From the IMG/VR virus record IMGVR_UViG_3300048599_000893, positions 1-37,997 of that record: DNA of 37,997 bases, one strand, 5' to 3'. Position numbers and translations under genes: made by a program. Every line of letters begins with the position of its first letter. Within the stretch, counting starts at the first letter, position 1. Below are positions 1-6,748 of the stretch, piece after piece. This DNA is from a virus (taxonomy: Duplodnaviria; Caudoviricetes). The notes below the pieces were generated by a model that saw only the letters and a program-made list of their open reading frames with translations, was not told where the DNA came from and did no database searches.

Positions 1-201
1 ATGCTTGACGCTGATATTACCGTCAAGTGTGACCAGGATAATTGCGACCACGATGAAATTATCGAGGTGCGCACATCCCATCCGTTCATTGGTGTCCGCA
101 TCGCCGGCTACGTAATCTACGGGAAAACAACTATTCGCCGCTACTGCAAGCTGTGCGGAAAACAGTTCAATCCTCGTGTAATTCTGCATGGAAAGGCTTG
201 A
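1..201 (+). CDS. small Cys-rich hypothetical protein (possible Zn ribbon)
   Basis: 66-aa ORF with CDQDNC and CKLC motifs; followed after 3 nt by the next + strand gene. Confidence 0.5.
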   Translation: MLDADITVKCDQDNCDHDEIIEVRTSHPFIGVRIAGYVIYGKTTIRRYCKLCGKQFNPRVILHGKA

Positions 202-204
202 GAT

Positions 205-636
205 ATGCCATACGCAATTATTGGAACCCAAACCAATGCGCGTCGGGCATCCTGCCGGCTGTGCGGAAGAAAACTCATTCCCGGAGAAGGCATTCGCTGC
301 GAAAACAAGTACGACTGGCGAATTCAATACTTTTATCTTTGCGCAGATTGCTTGCTGGTCCAGGCAGAAATAGAACGTGGCTTGGATATTTACTACAAGA
401 AAATTCAGCCAAATATCCGCCGTTGTAATTGTGGAACAGACATCATCGAAGATCGTTATTACAACCTTGTCGAGCGCGGCAAGGAGAAGGCGCCGATCAT
501 CGCCGAAAGAATCAGCGCTGATTTGGAGAAAGGATCCATGACCTGGGATCGATTGATTGACGTTTATCACAAATACACCTCATCCTTTTTGGATGTGTCT
601 ATCGTAGCAAATTCCACCCAATCTGTCAGAACTTAG
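205..636 (+). CDS. hypothetical Zn-finger protein
   Basis: 143 aa with CRLC...CADC pair; co-directional with the early operon. Confidence 0.6.
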   Translation: MPYAIIGTQTNARRASCRLCGRKLIPGEGIRCENKYDWRIQYFYLCADCLLVQAEIERGLDIYYKKIQPNIRRCNCGTDIIEDRYYNLVERGKEKAPIIAERISADLEKGSMTWDRLIDVYHKYTSSFLDVSIVANSTQSVRT

Positions 637-650
637 GAGGTTATTACAAC

Positions 651-737
651 GTGAAAGGCTTGAAAACTTTGTCGCTTTGTGTCGTCGGCCTTGTTTTTTT
701 GGTCATCGCCGCTATCGTCATCGGATTACTTTATTAG
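651..737 (+). CDS. 28-aa single-pass membrane peptide (not in ORF track)
   Basis: AGGAGG at 635-640, GTG at 651; MKGLKTLSLCVVGLVFLVIAAIVIGLLY; fills the gap between two genes. Confidence 0.65.
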   Translation: MKGLKTLSLCVVGLVFLVIAAIVIGLLY

Positions 738-749
738 GCAAGGAGGATT

Positions 750-1091
750 ATGTCACCGTTCGTAATGATTGCTTATGCCGGAATTGGCATATCCGCGCTG
801 ATCCTGGCAGGCTTCGCTGGAGCGCAAATCCAGAAATTTGCAGATCAGGTGAAACGCATGGAAGAACGCATCGCCGAACTTGAAACAGCCAAAAAGACGC
901 GCAACCCATATCGCACCAATGAAGCGCTCGAAGACGCAATGGCGATAATCCATGATGCTGCCTGGCAAGCTGATGCCACCCTCGATTACATGCGCGCCCG
1001 GTTGAAGCAAGTTGATAACACCTTACAGGTTGCACGGTCGAACCCGGACGATTACGACCCGGATAAACCCAACAAAAAACGCCCGCTGTAA
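750..1091 (+). CDS. membrane-anchored coiled-coil protein
   Basis: AAGGAGG RBS; N-terminal hydrophobic helix followed by heptad-like segments. Confidence 0.75.
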   Translation: MSPFVMIAYAGIGISALILAGFAGAQIQKFADQVKRMEERIAELETAKKTRNPYRTNEALEDAMAIIHDAAWQADATLDYMRARLKQVDNTLQVARSNPDDYDPDKPNKKRPL

Positions 1092-1102
1092 CAGGCGTTT
1101 TT
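1074..1102 (-). terminator. intrinsic terminator, best formed on - strand, possibly bidirectional
   Basis: - strand CGCCTGT-TACA-GCGGGCG followed by TTTTTT; A/T tracts on both sides. Confidence 0.55.
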
Positions 1103-1163
1103 CAAGTGAGCAGGTGCAACCCGAAGCTCGCTTTTAGTGTAGCAGAAATGGACCGGAAAATCA

Positions 1164-1349
1164 ATGAATGCTGAGCTAATGGAATTCATCGGAGACGATT
1201 TCATGACCGTTTGGGATCAGATGTTTTGTGACCACAGCTTTATCACCTCTGACGAAGACGGCTCGCCGGTAGAAACCGATCGTTGTGTATATTGCGGCAT
1301 CCGCAAAGCGCATGTTCAGGAGGCTGATGATGGACGAAAAGTTTCATAG
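1164..1349 (+). CDS. small hypothetical protein
   Basis: 61 aa with CDH...CVYC motif; its end contains the AGGAGG RBS of the next gene. Confidence 0.55.
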   Translation: MNAELMEFIGDDFMTVWDQMFCDHSFITSDEDGSPVETDRCVYCGIRKAHVQEADDGRKVS

Positions 1350-1794
1350 CTACAGTGCAGCCGTCCATACCTCAAAGCGTTACGTCTGTTCTGTCTGCTT
1401 CGGTCAGCTTGAGGTCCTGCCCCATTGGGAGCAGGATGCCAGCGGGCAGATCGATATCCCCTCATCCTGGTTTTCTGTACGCTGCCAGAACTATCCAGAC
1501 CAGCACGCCGGATTTGTTACTGCAAACTACGCCGTCAATACCCGCCTGAGCAGTTACATCGACCTGGCCGACGTGCTAGAAAACGGCATTGCTGACCTGC
1601 TCTGCGTGGATAAAGCAGCCATTGCCAAGAAGGCCTACTATGCGCTGCCGCCGATGGCTCGCATCGATCCGCAGTTTCATATGCAAATCATTGGCGCAGT
1701 AGATCGCCTCCACACTATTTTTATGGCTGAGCAGCGCAAGTCTGCGCCAAGAATGACCGCTGAAGAAGCGATCGCCGCACTTTATGGAGAATAA
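1327..1794 (+). CDS. hypothetical protein with Zn-ribbon-like N-terminus
   Basis: AGGAGG then ATG at 1327/1330 (more likely start than 1285); CSVC...C...H motif. Confidence 0.6.
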   Translation: MMDEKFHSYSAAVHTSKRYVCSVCFGQLEVLPHWEQDASGQIDIPSSWFSVRCQNYPDQHAGFVTANYAVNTRLSSYIDLADVLENGIADLLCVDKAAIAKKAYYALPPMARIDPQFHMQIIGAVDRLHTIFMAEQRKSAPRMTAEEAIAALYGE

Positions 1795-2989
1795 TCTCAT
1801 GCCTATTGCTGGCTTGACAGACCGGGGCCTCGCCTTCCCCCAAATTGGCGTTATCCGCAAGGGCGGTCAAAAATCCGCCAACAAACCAGGTCAGGACCTG
1901 ACTTACTTTCGCGTCGAATTTGACGCCAGCCGGCCCGACCTCGCTACCAAATTCGCTGCTGCCTATTCACCGGAACCGCGCAAACTCAACGTCGTGTTTC
2001 CATTCAACGACTTCGACCGCCAGGTCACAATTTTTTTAGAAGCCTATAACAAAGGCCGCCTTGTGGCCCGTGCCGGTACCGTCAGTGGTTTGGACCCTGC
2101 CCAGAACTTTTACAAGACAAAACTGGACCCCAAAACCGGCGAAGTCCTCGCCCGCGATGGCTACTGGGTATCTGGACCCGATGCAGGCAAGCTGGCCTAC
2201 TACGACAAAGACAAGCCGGAGTACGTCATGCAGTACACCGGAAAAGACGGCCGGCAAAAAAGTTTGCCTGTCTTTTGCAAACCGATCACCCGTATCAAAT
2301 TCGTCCTGCCAGAGCTGCGCGAGCTGGCCTATGTCCTGCTCAAGTCGTCCTCCATCTACGATGCCATCAACCTGAGTGAGCAGCTATCTGCTCTCTGGGA
2401 AGTATCCAATGGCAAGTGGGCTGGTATCCCGATGGTACTCGAACGCAAACCCGTCTCCATCCTCTGCCCGGACGAACACGGCAACAAAACCTACCGCGAA
2501 AAATGGCTTGTCCATATTCAGGCTAACCCGACCTGGAGCGAAGCGCGTCTGCTCGGTCTTCAGAATCAATCTATGCTGTTGGCTTCTGGCTCATCTCCGG
2601 TGCAAATGTCGATGCCAGCCCTATCTGCAGCAATCGACGACGATGATGAAGATGAAACCATCCCAGACGAGCCGGCCGCCTGGGTCGGAGATGCGCAAGA
2701 AGGCGAGTTCACTGAAAGTGTGCCGGAACCAGAATTTCCCGCTGAGCCTTCCGCGGAAGAACCCCAAGAAAAGCCCTGGCCATTCGAGAAAATCACCAAA
2801 GAAACGGCTATGTCAGCCAAAGGCGTCAGCGGTAAGACTTACTGGTCGATGTCCACACCAGAACTTGAAACCGGTCTGAATGCAATCAAAGACACGCTTG
2901 CAAAAAACAACATGACCACTGAAAAGCGTGAAGCCGCGCTGTTCAATGCGGATGTTATCGCTGCAATTCTTGAGTACCGTTCTGAATAA
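1784..2989 (+). CDS. Gp3-like (recombination directionality factor-like) protein
   Basis: N-terminal FPQIGVIRKG...DLTYFRV resembles the phiC31 gp3-like family; acidic Pro-rich linker; position in recombination/replication region. Confidence 0.55.
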   Translation: MENNLMPIAGLTDRGLAFPQIGVIRKGGQKSANKPGQDLTYFRVEFDASRPDLATKFAAAYSPEPRKLNVVFPFNDFDRQVTIFLEAYNKGRLVARAGTVSGLDPAQNFYKTKLDPKTGEVLARDGYWVSGPDAGKLAYYDKDKPEYVMQYTGKDGRQKSLPVFCKPITRIKFVLPELRELAYVLLKSSSIYDAINLSEQLSALWEVSNGKWAGIPMVLERKPVSILCPDEHGNKTYREKWLVHIQANPTWSEARLLGLQNQSMLLASGSSPVQMSMPALSAAIDDDDEDETIPDEPAAWVGDAQEGEFTESVPEPEFPAEPSAEEPQEKPWPFEKITKETAMSAKGVSGKTYWSMSTPELETGLNAIKDTLAKNNMTTEKREAALFNADVIAAILEYRSE

Positions 2990-2994
2990 CAATT

Positions 2995-3233
2995 TTGGCG
3001 GCGGCGTGGACGCGACACGCAATCAGTGGCGATGGGATACGGTGAGCGAGACCGGCAATCTCGCATGGCGGTAGCGTAGCGGTTAAAACCGAACAGGATC
3101 CCTGGTGGCAATTGAAAAACAAAAAGTCCCTTGAAAGCTCTAGTGAAATTGGACGACGCCAATTTCCAGGCCGGTGGACTACCAACACTTCAGCGCTGAT
3201 GCCCATGACCCCGTTCAACTCGGGGCCGCCAAA
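2995..3233 (+). ncRNA. tRNA-like cloverleaf with 165-nt insert replacing the anticodon loop
   Basis: acceptor TTGGCGG(2995-3001)/CCGCCAA(3226-3232); D arm GCGTG-GACGCGA-CACGC (3004-3020); stem ATCAGTG(3022-3028)/CGCTGAT(3194-3200); T arm CCCCG-TTCAACT-CGGGG (3209-3225); fills the intergenic gap. Confidence 0.7.
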
Positions 3234-3259
3234 GAATTCAAAACACGAGGATAACTGAA

Positions 3260-3721
3260 ATGAACGAAACGATTGTTGAACTTTTGTCGAGACTTTCTTT
3301 GCTTCGGATCGAAGTATCAGAAGTTTCCGAAAGCGTTGAAGAAAAAGCGGATGCATATATGCAGACGGATGCCTACAAAGCCTACCAAGATGAACTTTCA
3401 AAATCCGTTGAATTAGGGTCACGTATTGTCGATCTTGAAAAAGAAATCCGCCAACGTTCGTTGGATGAATTCAACCTGCTTTTAAATAAGCATCCATTTA
3501 CCGGGATCGAGATCAAGATGCGCAAAAAGGTCGCTTACGAAGACAAGTCCGCGCTTGAATTTTGCCGAAAGCAGAACGTTGCCCTGAAGATCGACAAAAC
3601 GGCTTTTGAACGTTATGCAAAAGCCGTTGCTGAAGCCGGACAGCCTATTGACTTCGTTTCAATCACGGAAGAACCTCAGGTTCAAATTTCATCTGACCTT
3701 TCCGATTACCTTCCGAAATAA
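3260..3721 (+). CDS. coiled-coil protein, possibly Gam/Gp157-like
   Basis: GAGG RBS; helical N-half and IEIKMRKKVAY...KIDK...ITEEP C-half reminiscent of Gam/Gp157-like proteins; family call is weak. Confidence 0.5.
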   Translation: MNETIVELLSRLSLLRIEVSEVSESVEEKADAYMQTDAYKAYQDELSKSVELGSRIVDLEKEIRQRSLDEFNLLLNKHPFTGIEIKMRKKVAYEDKSALEFCRKQNVALKIDKTAFERYAKAVAEAGQPIDFVSITEEPQVQISSDLSDYLPK

Positions 3722-3729
3722 ATAATTCC

Positions 3730-3844
3730 GCCAGCCTATCCCCTCTGGTTGTTGGGGTGGATTGCTCCACCCCAGCTCCCAGGGAATGACGGACCCTGGC
3801 CTCCTAAAGAAGCCCCGGATGTCCCACACATCCGGGGCGAAGGA
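3730..3844 (+). promoter_or_regulatory. multi-hairpin leader with anti-SD sequence
   Basis: hairpins at 3730-3749, 3751-3776 (11 bp), 3779-3799 and 3812-3838 (11 bp); CCTCCT at 3800-3805; GAAGGA at 3839-3844. Confidence 0.5.
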
Positions 3845-3849
3845 ACCCG

Positions 3850-3921
3850 ATGAAAGAAATACTTTGCCTTTTATTGTTTGTACTTGTATCAGCAATTTTC
3901 TATTTGCTGATAAAGCTTGAC
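3850..3921 (+). CDS. 23-aa hydrophobic peptide (not in ORF track)
   Basis: GAAGGA RBS, ATG at 3850; MKEILCLLLFVLVSAIFYLLIKA. Confidence 0.55.
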
Positions 3922-3938
3922 ATGCTTCGGAGGTCAAA

Positions 3939-4379
3939 ATGAATCCACGTGAATATTACGACAAGCTGATTAGTGAGATGCCATTCGGAGCAGAACGTGC
4001 CATTGCAAGAATCATTTCTTATCGCGTTGGTATTGAAAACGCTATTCAAAAGGATGCACTTATTGAAGAGTGCAATCGCGTTGGCATTGACTTCAAATCA
4101 GAACGTCAAGTTCGAAAAAACATCGTCGATTTACGCAAAAAAGGCTACCCCATTTGTTCATCCAGTGGAGAAAGTGGTTATTACTTTCCATCCAGTTTAG
4201 GTGAGTATCAGGAATTTCGCGCTCGGGAATACGTAAAGAAGATCAAAGACATGGCAGAAACGACACGCGCAATGGATGATGCCATCAAGCGGATGTTCTC
4301 AACGGAATATGAGAAATACAAATTCGATCGATCTGGTCAGCCAGCTTTATTCCAATCTAACGAGGCAATCAATGTGTGA
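3939..4379 (+). CDS. winged helix-turn-helix DNA-binding protein
   Basis: GGAGG RBS; ERQVRKNIVDLRKKGYPICSSSGESGYY is typical of phage wHTH proteins. Confidence 0.7.
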   Translation: MNPREYYDKLISEMPFGAERAIARIISYRVGIENAIQKDALIEECNRVGIDFKSERQVRKNIVDLRKKGYPICSSSGESGYYFPSSLGEYQEFRAREYVKKIKDMAETTRAMDDAIKRMFSTEYEKYKFDRSGQPALFQSNEAINV

Positions 4380-4563
4380 AACGTGTGAAAGAATTCTGCG
4401 CAATATTGAGCGAGCTGAAACCGATGGGAATATCGATAAGGTTCGCGTGCTGCGCTCCGTATATTCCGGACATATCAAGCACACCCATGACCAGAATATC
4501 GTCTGCGTCACTCCGAATTTTATTACCTGGCCTGGCGGTGATACATGGACAGTGGTGAGGTAA
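4372..4563 (+). CDS. hypothetical protein (63 aa)
   Basis: GAGG then ATG at 4372 (MCETCERIL...); bridges the wHTH and initiator genes. Confidence 0.5.
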   Translation: MCETCERILRNIERAETDGNIDKVRVLRSVYSGHIKHTHDQNIVCVTPNFITWPGGDTWTVVR

Positions 4564-4568
4564 TCGAT

Positions 4569-5393
4569 ATGGCCGAATTCAGAAATGTTCATTCACGCAT
4601 CTGGAAAGATGAATGGGTTTCCGATCTTGAACCGGAAGCGAAATTGCTTTTTATCTATTTGTTCAGTAACGAACGGGCTTCCATTTGCGGACTGTATGAA
4701 CTGCCGCTGAAGTTTATTGTTTTTGAAACCGGTATCTCAAAAGATAAGGTTTTGGAAATCTTAGCAGTGTTTGAAAAAGAAAAGAAAGTCTATTACCGGG
4801 ACGGAATTGTCTGGGTAAAGAACCTGCGCAAGTACAACGATAGCGGTAATAGTCCTAAAGTTCTTGTCCGTATTCAAAAAGACCTTGAAACTATTCCAGA
4901 TTGTGAGTTGAAAAACATGTATTTTGAGTATTACGGATACCCTATCCGCGTACTCGGGATACCCTATCTGGAAAATGAAAGCGAGACAGTTAAAGAGACA
5001 GTTAAAGAGACAGAGACAGATACAGATACCGAAATTGATACCGTACCAAAAAACAGCAGCGACGGGCGGCCTAATATCTTCTCAATCTATGAACGAGAGA
5101 TCGGTCCATTAACTCCATTCGTTGCAGAAGATTTGAAAGCAGCCGAAAAAGACTATCCGATTGAATGGATTGAAGCCGCTATCCGAGAAGCCGTTGCAAA
5201 CAATGTGCGCAAATGGTCGTACATCATGGGTATTTTGCGTCGCTGGAAAAAAGAAGGCCTGAAAGGTCGCCCGAATAACACCCCTCCCCGCGGCAAGCGT
5301 TTCAAGGTCTATACAGACCCTTCCGGCGCGCTTGTCAATGAGCTGGGTCAGCCGGTAGATAGCAAAGGGTATCTTCTTGAGGTGGCAGCATGA
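4569..5393 (+). CDS. phage replication initiator with DnaD/DnaB_2 domain
   Basis: N-terminal FRNVHSRIWKDEW...KLLFIYL wHTH; low-complexity linker; C-terminal YEREIG...AIREAV..N.RKWSYIMGILRRW; directly upstream of DnaB; GAGG RBS favours ATG 4569. Confidence 0.85.
   Translation: MAEFRNVHSRIWKDEWVSDLEPEAKLLFIYLFSNERASICGLYELPLKFIVFETGISKDKVLEILAVFEKEKKVYYRDGIVWVKNLRKYNDSGNSPKVLVRIQKDLETIPDCELKNMYFEYYGYPIRVLGIPYLENESETVKETVKETETDTDTEIDTVPKNSSDGRPNIFSIYEREIGPLTPFVAEDLKAAEKDYPIEWIEAAIREAVANNVRKWSYIMGILRRWKKEGLKGRPNNTPPRGKRFKVYTDPSGALVNELGQPVDSKGYLLEVAA
4935..5047. repeat. iteron-like repeats, likely replication origin
   Basis: GGATACCCTATC at 4935-4946 and 4957-4968 (22-bp period); tandem GAGACAGTTAAA x2 from 4983; further GATAC/GAGAC units; located in the initiator linker as in lambdoid origins. 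Confidence 0.6.
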
Positions 5394-6748
5394 CCGATCA
5401 AATTCCATGCTCTCCTGAAGCTGAAGAAGCCCTAATTGGGTCGATCCTTATCAATCCAGAGGTTCTCAAGGAAGTTGAGAACGTTGATCCAGAAGACTTC
5501 TACATCGAGCGCAATAAATGGGTTTATCTGACCATGCTCAATATGCGCCATTCCGGTCAAGACATTGATTATTTGACCGTCATTACCGCCCTTGAAAAAG
5601 CCGGAAAGTTGAACGAAATCGGCGGCGCCGCACGAATTACAAATTTCATCAACACCACCGTCAGCAGCCTGCACGCCGAAAGCTACGCCAATATCATCCG
5701 CGAAAAAGCCAGTCGCCGGCGTTTGGTTATGCTCGCCGCGAAACTGACCAAAGCCGCTTTTGACGACACGCAGCCTGTCACTGATACAACCTCGACCGCC
5801 ATCGATAGCCTGGCGAAGTCCATCGTTACCTTCAACGGAGCGCGGCATATCTCTACCTATGTTTCGGAACTTTACGACCAGATCGACGAAGCCTCGAAGA
5901 ACCCGAAAGATATTTACGGCCTGCCGACCGGGTTCCCGGATTGGGACCGGATCACTTACGGCTTGCAATTGGGCGAAGTCGTACGCCTGGGTGGCGAGCC
6001 TGGCGTTGGTAAGTCTGTTTTGCTCGGTCAGCTTTTGGTCAACTTAGCCAGTGCTGGTATTCCGGTTGCTTTGTACGAAATGGAAATGAAAGGCGTGCAG
6101 GTCGCGCGCCGGCAGTTATCCATGATCAGCAAAATCAGAACCCATGTCATGCGCTCCGGTAAATTGCGTGATGAAGACTGGCCCGTTCTGACCAACGGCA
6201 TCGAAATGCTGGCAGACCTGCCAATTTACATCTGCGATGCGTCCATCATGACGACCGCTGAATTTCGCGTCGATCTGCAACGCTTGATTTCTCAGTATGG
6301 CGTGCAAATGGTCGGCATCGATTATGAGGTCTTATTCGCAGACCAGGCCGCCACAACCAATGACCGCCGCGCACTGATTTCCAACCGCGTCCACGGCATT
6401 ATCAAAGACCAAAACCTGGCCTGCGTCTCCATTGGCGATATGTCGAAAAGCGGCATCCGCGGTGAAGTGACCGGGCAGGGCGCTTTAGCCGGCACAGCTC
6501 GTGAGTCTCACAATGACGACAATATCATGCTCATGCGCAAAACCGATCAGGACGACCTTATCAGCGTCACCTGGGAGAAATTCCGCGAAGGCGAGAGCGC
6601 GCGGCACATGAACCTGCTGCGCGCAGAAGGACTTCCCTATTTCAAATCTGTGACTAAAGAGCCTGTTCAGGCGCAGCATCCGCGCCGATCCACGAAACGA
6701 AATGAGCCGGTAGATTTTGATCTGAACAGCATTGAGGATTTGCAATGA
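5390..6748 (+). CDS. dnaB: replicative DnaB-like helicase
   Basis: N-terminal EAEEALIGSIL...DFY; GLPTGF; Walker A GEPGVGKS; EM motif; IDY Walker B. Confidence 0.92.
   Translation: MTDQIPCSPEAEEALIGSILINPEVLKEVENVDPEDFYIERNKWVYLTMLNMRHSGQDIDYLTVITALEKAGKLNEIGGAARITNFINTTVSSLHAESYANIIREKASRRRLVMLAAKLTKAAFDDTQPVTDTTSTAIDSLAKSIVTFNGARHISTYVSELYDQIDEASKNPKDIYGLPTGFPDWDRITYGLQLGEVVRLGGEPGVGKSVLLGQLLVNLASAGIPVALYEMEMKGVQVARRQLSMISKIRTHVMRSGKLRDEDWPVLTNGIEMLADLPIYICDASIMTTAEFRVDLQRLISQYGVQMVGIDYEVLFADQAATTNDRRALISNRVHGIIKDQNLACVSIGDMSKSGIRGEVTGQGALAGTARESHNDDNIMLMRKTDQDDLISVTWEKFREGESARHMNLLRAEGLPYFKSVTKEPVQAQHPRRSTKRNEPVDFDLNSIEDLQ

Noticed and set aside
2995-3233. Calling the element a canonical tRNA, tmRNA (ssrA) or group I intron-containing tRNA
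   Set aside because: No 7-nt anticodon loop; it has a D stem and lacks G3:U70; the mini-ORF lacks an AA end; no recognisable group I core in 165 nt; no CCA after the discriminator in the 7/5 fold
3918-3946. TTGACA as a sigma70 promoter
   Set aside because: No acceptable -10 box at 16-18 nt spacing
4981-5047. Tandem repeats as a CRISPR array
   Set aside because: Units are 6-12 bp, have no spacers and are in frame within the initiator gene
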